A DNA stretch of 64,000 bases. Origin: Rhizophagus irregularis. Taxonomy: Eukaryota. The position numbers and the translations under genes are program-made. Position 1 is the first letter of the stretch, and each line of letters starts with the position of its first letter. Below the pieces are notes generated by a model, which was not told where the DNA came from, searched no databases, and was given only the letters and a program-made list of their open reading frames with translations. The stretch covers positions 2,232,001 through 2,296,000 of the forward strand of contig NC_089434.1 in the NCBI RefSeq assembly GCF_026210795.1. Reading direction: 5' to 3'. Below, piece after piece: positions 1 through 12,700 of the stretch.

Positions 1-386
1 ACTAGTATGCGAAACATGTATCACGTGACTATAATTTGTCACTTATGTCACACCCGTATAGCTTTCAATTTTTACTATTTATTCTAGGTACTTGAATTTT
101 TTCGGTAGAAAAACCTTATTTGTCACATATTATATGTCACACACCATAATTTCGGCCAAATTTTATAATTCCAATAATTCCAGCCAAAAATTACTGTAAT
201 TTCCAATTTTGAAAATTAGAGTAATATTACACAATCCAAAAAGGCAATTTTGTTTCTCAGTAAAAATGAAAATACGTTATACAATATTCCAAAATAGGAA
301 GTTTTTATGCAGATCACCAGAAAATGATAATAATCACGTGACCTGTGTTTACACATGTAGTGTACAAATAGAAATAGTCTTATTTA

Positions 387-561
387 CAGTTCACTCTCAC
401 TATAGTAAATCCTATGGGCTGGAGATTAAAATTCGGTATAATGAGAAATTCACTATACTGAGGGTCATTTTATTATATATATAAAAAATCTGTACCTAAA
501 CTTTTCTTCATTATAGCAAGTTATTCACTATATAAAAATTCACTATAGAGAGGGTGAACTG
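387..561. mobile_element. Tc1/mariner-type MITE
   Basis: TIRs cagttcactctcactatag / ctatagagagggtgaactg; TA on both flanks. Confidence 0.75.
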
Positions 562-570
562 TATATTTAA

Positions 571-2406
571 CATATGGGCTGATTTGTTTACCTTTAATTA
601 AAATATTAATTTTATTACATTTTTATTATACAAAATACTATATAATATACAGTAAATTGGAAATGAATATTAAAAAATTTTTATTTAATGTTATTATACT
701 ATAATTTGGTAAATATTTCTTTTAAATTAATACTAGGAAACAGAAACCGTTGTAAGTCTGGAGCGAAAGATTTGTACAAAAATCCAAATATCTTTAAAAA
801 TTTAATTTGTACAAAAAATCTGGCATCCCTAAAAAAATAAAAATGAAAAATGAAACGTTAGAAATGTTTCTTTAAGGTTAAACAAGTAAGAAAAGCCTTT
901 ACAATTTACCTTTAAAAGTCTGGCATGTACAAAAAACCTGTGTTCCTAGATAAAAGAAAATAAAAACAAAATGCTAAAAACGTTTCTTTAAAGCAAAATA
1001 AATAAAAAACAACTCACCAGTCCGGTATGTACAAGAAATCCAGAAACCCTAGGAAAAAAATAAGAAAGTCGTTTAAAAGAAAAATATACTTACTAGCCGA
1101 AATCTAAAAAAAAAGGTAATCATAAACTTTTTTACTTGTTTATTTTTGATGTAGCATGAAATTTCAATACACATTCTGTGCGGACCAATTAGAAATAACG
1201 CGTGCGGACAACCGGAAATTGCCACGTGACACTAATTGTCATCGACCTTCGTAAAATTATATAGTCCTTCACTACGCTCCGAACAATAAGAATAAATCTA
1301 ATTGTAACAGCCTATTACGCGTCTTATTTATAACAATCTCCAATTTTATCCAATTAAAATTTAAGATCAGGCGAAATGTAAACAAAAACAAAAAGATCAG
1401 TCATGTAATCAAGACAAAAGAATTTTTTAAAAAATTTCAAGAAACTGCTTATAACTTGAAATTTTGTCTATGAAACTGTCTTAAGTACATTAAGTAAAAG
1501 TTTTTCAAATTAAATTTTGCATATAAAAATTTTATTTGTAAATTACATACTAAATTTATTATTAAAAAAAATTAAAAAAAGGATGTTACAAATAAGATAT
1601 GTAACAGGCTATTACAAATACATTTATTCTTAATATAATTCTTAGCACTTACTATATATGTTAAAAATTTATATCTCAACTTAAAACGTAAATATCTCCA
1701 GATCCAGTGATCCAATTGGCAAGCTCTTTTTTCGTTCATATAGACCAGATCAAAGGCTTTCCCAAAAGCCTAAATTTATAAAAAATGGATCAGTGGATTC
1801 CAAGATATTTGCATTTAAGCATGTTAAAAAGTTCATACCTCAACTTTAAACGTAAATATCTCTGGATCTAATGATTCAATCGGCGAGCTCTTTTTTCGCC
1901 TATAAAGTCCAGAACAAGGGCTTTCCAACGAGCCTAAAATTATAGAAAACGGATCAGTGAATCTTGATATATTTGCGTTTAAAGATGGTAATACAAATTC
2001 TGACATAAAATAATTATTTTTATTGTTTGAAAATATCTATTATGATACCATCTTTTATATGATATTTTTATTATACTTTTATAAACATTTATAGCTACTA
2101 AGACTATATAAATTTTTATTTTACTTTATATTTTATTAAAATATACTTACTTTTTAATAATATATGTTAAAAATTCCATATATATAAGAAATAGGTTTTT
2201 TATTAATGAAATGGATTTTTTCACACCTTTTTTACATTTAATAATTTAAGTTTCGCAAATGTAAATTTTTGTTCAACTTATTATTTAGTCAAGTGATCAT
2301 CAATCAGATGATTTTTTGGTATTATAAAACAATTTTGAGTAACAAAAATTGTGAAAATCAATTCAATAACTCTTTTTAATGCAGAGTAGACAAATCAGCC
2401 CATATG
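571..2406. mobile_element. Non-autonomous TIR element (catatgggctgatttgt ends), carrying ~0.9 kb of nested insertions
   Basis: TIR catatgggctgatttgtttac ... gtagacaaatcagcccatatg; an uninterrupted inverted copy at 60792-61712 lacks ~733-1631. Confidence 0.8.
1288..1631. mobile_element. MITE nested in the 571-2406 element
   Basis: Imperfect ~30-bp TIRs aagaataaatctaattgtaacagcctattac / gtaacaggctattacaaatacatttattctt; exact ends uncertain by a few bp. Confidence 0.6.
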
Positions 2407-2500
2407 TAGGGTTAATCACCCTATCTCAGTAGTTGGTTACTGAGACCCTCATTAAGCCTGAGTATGGTGAGGTTGCAGGTTCGATTCCCATGATCATGGA
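2407..2500 (+). repeat. tRNA-like head (SINE-like or tRNA-derived repeat)
   Basis: D-arm-like ctcagtagttggttactgag and B-box ggttcgattccc; no clean cloverleaf. Confidence 0.35.
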
Positions 2501-3357
2501 AATAAAAAAAATTTTACTGTGGACGCTACCACCAATAGCATAAAGATACAGAGATTAGGTAGTTGGACTGCACTATGATAAATTAGTGTGTACAGTTAGG
2601 CCATACATTTCAACAAAGGATCATGGTGTCCTTCTAACGTTCCCTATGAGGTCATTGGGATGTTCAGAGTCCTGTTCATGAGGTCACTGCTTGTATACCT
2701 TGGGGGTAATTTCCTGTCCAGGTGGTCCAACTGAAATGATACAGGCAAAGTTAAATCAGCTAATTTAGATGGTTCTTATAGATGGTAAAATTCTAAGTGC
2801 AATAACTTTGTGGTAGTTTACCTTCTAATAGGTTTAGGTCAACTAGGATATTCCTGAACAGACAGGTGTACTAGGTGAGGTATGGGGTTCAACTCTCCAC
2901 TAGGCGGGTACCGGGTGGCAACTTGGGTGGTAGGGCATCACTAGGATTAATCTCAAACAAATGAGTCTGTACTATCTCATGTTCTCTCTGTCTCAATAGT
3001 TACTACTATACCATTGGGAGATTTATAACTGTACCTTGGGGCTAAGGAATTGTGGGGCTATAGTGGCCTTAAGTGAGCCTTAGTTTAGTTCTGAAGTGTG
3101 AATGTTAGTACAGAAGGGTTTCTAGATGATTACCATTACATCTGACACCAAAAGTCCTCCATTACTAAGACATGCCAAGGTGGCATATAAATTTGAGTTT
3201 GTCTTGCCTCTAGAATGGATAAAGGATGAGTAGGGAGTTATAGCTAGCCAGTTAGTATTTCGTTGATGGATAGGGACTATCCTGAGGTCAAACTAAAATG
3301 GCAGTTGTAGTAATATTTGGTCAGGTTGCACATACCAGTTGGTTGGTATACGTTAGT

Positions 3358-3391
3358 ACTAGTTAATGCTCTTATAAGAGCATTAACTAGT
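3358..3391. other. Perfect 34-bp terminal palindrome (left)
   Basis: actagttaatgctctta|taagagcattaactagt. Confidence 0.95.
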
Positions 3392-4733
3392 TGCGCTATA
3401 ATGTTATCTAGTTATGAGTATAATGTTTTCTAGTTATGAGTATAATGTTACCTAGTTACTGTTTTTAGTGTTCTGTGGTCTTATTATTGCTTTATTGCTA
3501 TCCACTTGATTTTATTGCTCTGTCCTCTTTTTATTTCCTTCTAACTATCCGCTTGTTTTCATTGCTCTGTGGCCTTTTTATTGCCAAGGTGCTAGGCCAG
3601 TATTGATTGCAAAAAATCATGTTGCAGTCGGGTGGCGTAGTAAATTTGCGGATCAGATTTTGGCTGGCATTATAGCATAATTTCTGGTCGATCTTTTGGG
3701 CATGTGATTTTAGGTTCCAGCTTGGTGACATGATAGTGCTATGGTAGTATCATGGAATCATCATGGAACTGGCAGGGAACTGGCAGGGAATCAGAGTGTT
3801 TCTATTAGTTTGCCAGTTTAAGATCACTTCTTGGATGCCGAGTTATTGTCCAAAGTTTTGGCCAAAATTATTGTTAATTTACTGCACAAAAAAAAACATG
3901 TGCGAGGTGCGTTCTCAGAACCTTCCCACCACTTCTCCGTCATATTCCCACTACTTTCAAGGTTCTGTCTGAAGGATCAGATGGTTGAAGAATCAGAAGT
4001 ACCAAGATCAGCCTATGTAGTAATTACCAGGAATTAGTGCTGAATTTACTTGAAATCCCACTTTTATGTTTCCATTTGATTGCCAGGTTGAGGCACGAAA
4101 TGCCGAACTTGCAATCCATATATTTTCCCTCTCAAATTGCCATTTCTTGAATGCCGGGGATGAGGCATATGCGAAGTGTTAGTGTTGTGCTCATTCTTGC
4201 AATTCTGCCTTGTATGACCTTTTTGATTGCCGAGTGAGGCACATGCGAAGTGTCGAATTAGTTCAGACTATATTGCTTTCATACCTTTTTTCGTATATTC
4301 TCCTGAGACTTTCTGCCTTCCCGACCCCCTTTCCTGCCTATCGGCGGTAGTACCCCAAGTTGTAATTTCTTATTTCTCTTTCCTATATATTATTCTAACT
4401 TGGGGTACTACCAATTTTATATTTTATTTTTCGCTTCTGCCTTTCTAGAACCCTTTCTCGTATAGTTACTACTCTGGGATACTTTAGGATACTACCACAT
4501 CGACCACTTTGGAGTACTACCACATCGATCATTTTGGGGTACTACCACATCATTTACTTTCTCTTGGCTTGGCGCTGGGTATTACCACTAACCCAGTATT
4601 TTACTAGCAAAGCATATTCGCTCAAAATTATATAAAATTTTTATTTTAAACTTTCCAAGTTTCTCTGTTATTTTATACTGCTTTCTTGCATATACACCAT
4701 GCTTCTTGCACAAAAAAAGCCCAGCCCTAGCCC
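3358..4733 (+). repeat. Left terminal inverted repeat
   Basis: Reverse complement of 42786-44151; differences are mostly transitions; internal short repeats (tagttatgagtataatgtt; tactaccacatcga). Confidence 0.95.
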
Positions 4734-5166
4734 ACTTGTTTGTTCCGAACTGCTTGAATTAATTTTTAGTAATCTCAAGATTAAAGATATACTATATTCC
4801 TGTCTTACTATAAATCATCAATAGAATTTTGAAGCATTTCGAGTTATTTTAAAGCAAAAAGAAAGGGAAATTCGTGAAGATCTTGATTTTATAAAATATC
4901 GGTTAGACTGGAATAAACAAGAAATAACCCGTATTCATACAGTTCTTTATACTCCATATTATGATTGGATTACAGCAGGAGAAGAAATTGCAAATGTTCA
5001 TGCAGTAATCAAATCCCATATAAATAATTTTACAAGAATTCTTCCCTGTCTTATTAAGTCTTCTGTTTTACGAAATAAATTTCATGTACAATGGCAAAAT
5101 CTTTATAAACAGACGAAAAAATTGTTAAAAGATATCGATTTACTTGATGATATCAATAATACATAA
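4699..5166 (+). pseudogene. F-box-like protein; start codon lies inside the left TIR
   Basis: Manual translation MLLAQKKPSPSPLVCSELLELIFSNLKIKDILYSCLTINHQ*; TAG at 4822 where an F-box Trp is expected; frame stays open to 5166. Confidence 0.55.
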
Positions 5167-5408
5167 AAAGAGCGAATATATAGACAAAATTGTTGAGCTG
5201 TATTATCAAGTACTTTTAGCTGAAATTGCCACTTCCCGCTAAGAATACTGATAATACTTATTTTTTACTTATGCAATAGTAGTGACCAAGTTTAATTTTA
5301 CTTTTCTGGATTTGCATATATTCAGATCGATTCTTCTAACCAAACTAGTTCGAAGCTGGTGATCACTACCACAAATTTCTGTATGTGATATTCTATTACA
5401 TCTATAAA

Positions 5409-6286
5409 ATGCAAGACGAAATTGACATTAAAGCTCTGGCATATGCCCAGAGGCATGAAGAAAGATGCTTAGCTTAAGTTAGTCCTAATACATACTTTAC
5501 TAAAAATGACCAATTTTTTGAAATATTTTTATAGACCTAGATACAATGGCTTTCAAAACAATTGTGCAATTATTTTGTAAAATTTTTAAAATATATCAAG
5601 ATATATTTAAGGTATTTTTGAGATTAAAATATTAAAATAATATTAAAGTTAATTATATTATAATAATAAAATAATAACAAAAACATTAAAAAATTATTGT
5701 GATATTATTTTGAGTTATTTTTATAGACCTAGATACAATACAATTACAAAATAATAGCAAAAATATAATAAAAACATTTTGATGTATTAAATGTATTTTT
5801 ATAGTATTTTAAAATTATTACAAAATCATTTCAAAAAATTGGCCATTTTTAGTAAAGCATTTATGGGTGTGTAAGAAAAATCATCAATGGGAGGCGCCAT
5901 ATAAAAATATGAAGCAAAGTTATAGGTGGTGTAATATTTGCCCTAATGTACCGAAAAGAACATGCCATTATATTTTCGAAGATTTATTAAATAAAAAATT
6001 TCCACTCTGAAAACCTAAATTCTTGGAGGGATTACATTTAGATGGATATAATGAAGAATTAGGCTTGGCCTTTGAATATAGTGGTAGCCAATATTACCAA
6101 ATTGTCCCTTTTTTTCACCCGTAAAGGCAGATGAATCTAGACGCACAAATCTGGCGTGATGAAAAGAGGGCGCTATGCTATAGGGAAGGAGTAATTCTTA
6201 TAACTATACCCTACTGCGTAGTAGACTTAGAAACTTTTATAAGGAGCACCTTATACGCATTTGGTTATCTCCTAATACCCACCTAA
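5409..6286 (+). pseudogene. Zn-ribbon + PD-(D/E)XK restriction-like endonuclease of giant-virus type
   Basis: Manual translation WVCKKNHQWEA..WCNIC..GLHLDGYNEELGLAFEYSGSQYY..LITIPY; three in-frame stops; MITE at 5495-5857. Confidence 0.7.
5495..5857. mobile_element. MITE inserted in the nuclease gene
   Basis: TIRs ctttactaaaaatgaccaattttttgaaat / atttcaaaaaattggccatttttagtaaag; TA left, CA right; removal restores the frame. Confidence 0.8.
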
Positions 6287-7444
6287 AAGGCAACATATGC
6301 TCTTCTTTAATATGCATTAATTGTTCTCTTACAAAGGGACGCTGAGGTCCTAAATCATCTAAATAATATAAAACAAGCATTGGAGGGTTTCTCCCAACAA
6401 CAATTCTCTGGATCTTATGCATACTGGGAGACCATATCGGATTTGTTATTCTGCGTTGTTCAAAAGGATCATTTTTCCATTCTTCAGGAGCGAGCAAAAA
6501 TCGGATAGTAGTACCCTTTGGTAGTTGTGGTTCATCAACACCTATTGGACGATTATATTTTACTGATAGTTTGGAATATATCTGCTCAAGTTTTGTGATG
6601 TCATTAGGACTCATCTCAATCAATCGAGTTGGACTATCATTCATATTATCAACAATTTTTCTTGCAAACCGCTCACATTCTCTACAGTGCTTGCCAGTAG
6701 GTAGGAGAAACTCTATTAAATACTGATTTTTAAAAACTCTATATTCAAATAATCCAGCATAATGATCGATCATTGCGAAACTTATATGCCTGAAACATGC
6801 TATAATTCTTTGGATCTCAACGCCATGTTCATCCATTAATAAAGTCACGTATCCCATAAACTCAGTACCCTTATCACATTGTATTTTTCGAGGCCAGTTA
6901 AAAGGTTTATCAGGATTATCATATATACTCTTAAATGCTTCCGCAACTTCCTCACTGCTCTTTAATGTTAAAAAACGAAATCTTTATATCTAGTCGCGTA
7001 GTCTATAACCAATAGTACATAGTAATATATTGGGCCATCATCTAGTAAATTTGTATCCACATCTTCATCATATGGTATTTCGATTAAATCACATTGGTGC
7101 ACAGTATTTGGCTTCGTAATTTTAGAGTAACTGGCATAAGGTATATGCTTTGGTGAAGGACGAAAAATTTGATACATTGTTTGATTCTCAAGCCATTTTT
7201 TTACATCAATAAATGGAAAGCTGTAGCCAGCTTTTTTACAAGTATCCCACAATCCCTTAACATTTTGATACAGACCTTCAGGACGATAATATAGTTTTTG
7301 CAAAGCAAAATGCCGGTCTAAATTATGAGCTTTTTGGGGATCGATATTAATTGTAGGTGTTTGTTTTGCTATGATTTGGTCTAACTCTCGCGCTTTTTGA
7401 GGATTGATATAAATAACCGGTCTTTCAGCTTGACGCTCTTCCAT
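6237..7444 (-). pseudogene. Retroviral-like (rve) DDE integrase, Maverick/Polinton type
   Basis: LQKLYY..VKKWLENQ..PNTVHQCDL..IDYATRY, then after a frameshift near 6968 KSSEEVAEAFKSIY..IQCDKGTEF..NDSPTRLIEMSP. Confidence 0.85.
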
Positions 7445-7493
7445 TCCAATTTTTATAATTACGAAAAAAAGCTAGCATCTATAAAGTCAGATT

Positions 7494-8324
7494 CTATTTA
7501 TTAGCTAAGGAGCTTTTTTCCTTACGCTTTTGCCTAGCTTCTATCTCCTTCTGCAGATTTAGTGGAGTGTCAAACCTTAGGCGGATTGCAAGGGGATCAT
7601 CTTCCGGCCTAGTGAGATCAAATACAATAAATTCACCTCTTCGAAGGTAGCTATTAATAACTATGGATGCATTTTTTACATCATCAGTATAACGACCAAC
7701 TATCTTGGACACATCTTGTTGGCTACCACCACCGTTATACATTACTAGGTGGGAGATATTCTCACGAATGAATGTAGGGACTTTATGGTATTTTTGGGTT
7801 ACATATATACTTGAAACATTTTAATGACGTCCATTCCCAAAAAATTGGCTAATTCGATTTTGTATATGTTTGGAAATTTGCATCAGATCCTCAAAAATAA
7901 TTAGTGTGCTTCTTTCAGGTGAGAATGCTCTTGTACTAGGAATTCTTTCAGGTGAAATGTACCTGAAACTAATATCCTCATAGAAAGGCGCTTTTGGATC
8001 CTTTGCAATCATATTATATATATACCTCACATATCCCCATTTTGGCTCATCAGGATAATACCCACAAACAATTAGATCATTACATTTAATGTAGCGAGAC
8101 CCACCTTCCTCCCCTTCTTGCACATATTCATCCTTATCACCTAGAACAAGGTTTCTAAGTAAATTAGTCTTACCTGAACCACTTTTTCCAGTGACCAACT
8201 TGCTGAAAGGCTATGTCATCGCCGGATGGCCAATATTTTGGGATGATTCATGCTTTGTGACTTCATCCATATCTAAAAGACGAAGTTTTATAGGAGGTAG
8301 TCCTATCTTTTGGTTCTTCTGCAT
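7494..8324 (-). pseudogene. A32/FtsK-like DNA packaging ATPase (Polinton/NCLDV type)
   Basis: Walker A GKSGSGKT, Walker B IIFEDL, GRH*NVSSIYVTQKYHKVPTFIREN; two in-frame stops. Confidence 0.85.
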
Positions 8325-8325
8325 A

Positions 8326-9209
8326 TCAGATTGGAAATGCATAATCTTGATTTCTATTTAAGGGTATTTTATAGTTCAGAATATTTTTTTCTTCATTGTA
8401 AGATGAATATAGATGAGAGAATACGCACCTTAAGATGTATATAATTAGTAATACTATTATGAAGATGATTGCATGCTGAAAAAATAAGGAATAAGGCGAT
8501 TCTGAGGTTATTTCAGGACTAGTGATTTCGTTACCTTTCTCCAGTCCTTTATCACCTCCAATCGCTTCATTTTGCTTAGATTCGCTGGATGTTTTTGAAA
8601 TATGCTCTAATAAAAGAGAATTAGTTTCTTGAAGAAGGGAATCTTTCTCTATCACTGCCTTTTGTGCTGAAAGTAAATCATCTCTCACTCGCATTAATTT
8701 ATCCTTTTTTTTGGCCAGTGTATCTTCTAACTCTGTATTTGCCAATTCTAAACTAATATTTTCGTCAGATAGTTTTATGTATTCCAGTTCAGATTTACGC
8801 TTAAGAAAATCCATCTCTGATAATCTCTTTTGTACCAAAGAAACATCCTGCTCTAATTCCTCTATTCTTGATTGGAGAGCTTGTATCTCTTTTAATTTTG
8901 TAGCGATCTCGCTCTTAGTACTTGCAAGAGAAATCTCTTTTTGATTAATCTCATTTTTGAATTCTCTTGCTTCATCTTTAAGCTGGCATACACGCTCTGA
9001 AAAACTCTCATTATTTTTTATCAAGAGACTATTTCTAGTGCCAAGCTGAATACTTGAGCTTAAAGCGATATCTAGATCATGTTTTAAACGTTAGTTCTCA
9101 AGCTCAGTTCGGCTAGATGGATAACGATTAAATGGCGAATCTCCAAGTTTATTGCCAGATACCAAGGGTGTCTTATTATTTATTTCATTTAGCGTATATT
9201 TATTTGCCA
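8326..9209 (-). pseudogene. Coiled-coil protein with C-terminal hydrophobic (TM) segment
   Basis: 232-aa ORF with heptads and IIFIIVLLIIYIL; probable upstream ATG near 9209 separated by stops. Confidence 0.5.
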
Positions 9210-9799
9210 TATGAATTTATTTGAAGGCAAAGTTTTTTATGATTTTTTTTTTCCTGATGGCCATCAGCGAAATTATCATTCATATGTATATTTTTTTTTC
9301 GAATATGGAAAAAAGGAGTTCAGAATCAAACCAATATCAAACTAATAAAAGACCAATAATAAACTAGTTTAAAACAAATATGATATTTGAAGTATATATA
9401 TCCTAAACCTATTTTTTATTTGAATCATAATTATAGCACGTTACACTGTAAAGAAAGCGAACTACATATATGTAACACTGGTCAAAATCAATTCTATCGG
9501 GTACATATCGGGTACCTATATATCGGTGGCTAATCGGATAAATATCAGGTATTTTTACATATCGGGTACCCGATAGCTAAGCTATTAGTCACTGATATTG
9601 TATATCGGGCATTGATCTATCTTACATATATCAGGTACCCGATATGTAAATTTTAATACGTAAGATTTTTATTTTGTATAATGTACTGTATTATATATAA
9701 TCCGTTTCAACTAAAATTTTTTATTTAAATTCATTTTTTAGATAATTTTTATAAATAATTTTCTAAGAAATTTTAAAAGTCCATTTGAATAATATTTAA

Positions 9800-12700
9800 T
9801 AGGGATTTTATTTAAGAAACTTTTAAATAGATTTTTTTGAGAAATTTTTTAAGAGTTTGTTTGGAAAAATTATTTTTTTAACTAAGAGGATCATTTAGAG
9901 CATTTTTGATAGAGAATTTTCTAAAGATTTGTTTGGAGAGATTATTTTTGAGAATTTTTTAACTAAAGGGACCGTTTGGAACATTTTTTGATAGAGAATT
10001 TTCTAAGAATTTGTTTGGGAAATGGTTTTTTGAGAATTTTTTTAACTAAAAGGATCATTTGGGCATTTTTTGATTGAGAATTTTCTAAGAGTTCGTTTAG
10101 GGAAATTATTTTTTGAATTTTTTAATTAAGGGGATCGTTTAGGGCATTTTTTGATTGAGAATTTTCTAAGAGTTCGTTTAGAGAGATTATTTTTGAGAAT
10201 TTTTTAACCAAAGGGACCGTTGGAACATTTTTTGATAGAAAATTTTTTTGATAGAGAATTTTCTAAGAGTTTGTTTGGAAAAATTATTTTTTGAGAATTT
10301 TTTAACTGAAGGTATCATTTGATAGAGAAATTTCTAAGAGTTCGTTTAGGAAAATTATTTTTTGTATTTTTTAATTAAGGAGATCGCTTAAGACATTTTT
10401 GATAAAGAATTTTCTAAGAATTTGTTTGGGAAATAGGTTTTCAAGAATTTTTTAACTAAAAGGATCATTTAGGGCATTTTTTGATTGAGAATTTTCTAAG
10501 AGTTTGTTCAGGGAAATTATTTTTTGAATTTTTTAATTAAGGGGATTGTTTAGAACATTTTTTGATTGAGAATTTTCTAAGAGTTCGTTTAGGGAAATTA
10601 TTTTTTGAATTTTTTAATTAAGGGGATCGTTTAGGGCATTTTTTGATTGAGAATTTTCTGAGTTCGTTTAGGGAAATTATTTTTTGAATTTTTTAATTAA
10701 GGGGATCGTTTAGGGCATTTTTTGATTGAGAATTTTCTAAGAGTTCATTTAAGGAGATTATTTTTGAGAATTTTTTAACCAAAGGGACCATTGGAACATT
10801 TTTTAATAGAGAATTTTTTTGATAGAGGATTTTCTAAGAGTTTGTTTGGAAAAATTATTTTTTGAGAATTTTTTAACTGAAGGTATCATTTGATAGAGAA
10901 ATTTCTAAAAGTTCATTTAGGAAAATTATTTTTTGTATTTTTTAATTAAAGGGATCGCTTAGGGCATTTTTGATAAAGAATTTTCTAATGATTTGTTTGG
11001 AGAGATTGTTTTTGAGAATTTTTTAACTAAAATGAATGTTTGGAACATTTTTGATAGAGAATTTTCTAAGAATTCGTTTAGAAAATGGTTTTTCGAGAAT
11101 TTTTTAACTAAAAGGATTATTTAGGGCATTTTTTGATTGAGAATTTTCTAAGAGTTCGTTTAGGGAAATTATTTTTTGAATTTTTTAATTAAGGAGATCG
11201 TTTAGGGCATTTTTTGATTGAGAATTTTCTAAGAGTTCGTTTAGGGAAATTATTTTTTGTATTTTTTAATTAAGGGGATTGTTTAGTGCATTTTTTGATA
11301 GAGAATTTTCTAAGGATTCATTTGGAGAGATTATTTTTGAGAATTTTTTAACCAAGAGATCGTTTGGAACATTTTTTGATAGAGAATTTTTTAAGAGTTT
11401 GTTTGGGAAATGGTTTTTTGAGAATTTTTTAACTTAAAGGATCATTTAGAGCATTTTTGATTGAGAATTTTCTAAGAATTCGTTTAGGGAAGTTATTTTT
11501 TGTATTTTTTAATTAAGGGGATCGCTTAGAGTATTTTTGATAGAGAATTTTCTAATGATTCGTTTGGAGAGATTGTTTTTGAGAATTTTTTAACTAAAGG
11601 GAACACTTGGAACATTTTTGATAGAGAATTTTCTAAGAATTTGTTTGGGAAATAGTAGGACCCCAGATATCTCCAAAACAGGTCATAAGTCACACTTTCG
11701 GCAGATTGGCCCATTTTTCAGGGGCGCAAAAAATCATTTTTTGTAAATATCTCGGCATCCAGTGGTCCAATTTTGATGAACTTTTTTTTAAATTGTAGAG
11801 CTAAATGAGGGCTACAAAATAAAAAAAAAGTTCATTAAAATTGAATTACTGGATGCTGAGATATTTACAAAAAACGATTTTTTGAGTTTCAGCAAAAAGG
11901 GGTGTTTTTGGCCAAAAGTCCATTATGACCTTTATATTAGATATCCGGGGTCCTGAAATAGTTTTTCGAGAATTTTTTAACTAAAAGGATCATTTAGGGC
12001 ATTTTTGATAGAGAATTTTCTAAGAGTTCGTTTGGGGAAATTATTTTTTGTATTTTTTAATTAAGGGGATCACTTAGGGCATTTTTGATAGAGAATTTTC
12101 TAATGATTCGTTTGAAGAGATTGTTTTTGAGAATTTTTTAACTAAAAGGAACGTTTGGAACATTTTTGATAGAGAATTTTCTAAGAATTTGTTTGGGAAA
12201 TGGTTTTTTGAGAATTTTTTAACCAAAAGGATCATTTAAGGCATTTTTGATTGAGAATTTTCTAAGAGTTCGTTTAGGGAAATTATTTTTTGTATTTTTT
12301 AATTAAGGGGATCGCTTAGGGCATTTTTGATAGAGAATTTTCTAATGATTCGTTTGGAGAGATTGTTTTTGAGAATTTTTTAATTAAAGGGAACACTTGG
12401 AACATTTTTGATAGAGAATTTTTAAGAATTTGTTTGGAAATGGTTTTCGAGAATTTTTTAGCGAAAGAATCATTTAGGGCATTTTTGATAGAGAATTTTC
12501 TAAGAGTTTGTTTGGGGAAATTATTTTTTGTATTTTTTAATTAAGGGGATCACTTAGGGCATTTTTGATAGAGAATTTTCTAATGATTCGTTTAAAGAGA
12601 TTGTTTTTGAGAATTTTTTAATTAAAGGGAACGTTTGGAACATTTTTGATAGAGAATTTTCTAAGAATTTATTTGGGAAATGGTTTTTCAAGAATTTTTT

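Noticed and set aside
733..1287. Minus-strand Helitron ending in CTAG
   Set aside because: CTAG is present, but no clear 5' TC end or subterminal hairpin
2407..2500. Functional tRNA gene
   Set aside because: Acceptor and anticodon stems do not pair convincingly
3531..4448. Short ORFs in the left TIR and their mirror ORFs at 42775-43713
   Set aside because: Starts, stops and indels differ between the two TIR copies; no recognisable motifs
8711..8944. Antisense ORFs opposite real genes (also 17533, 19114, 28502, 38757, 41178-42554)
   Set aside because: Shadow frames of motif-bearing ORFs on the other strand
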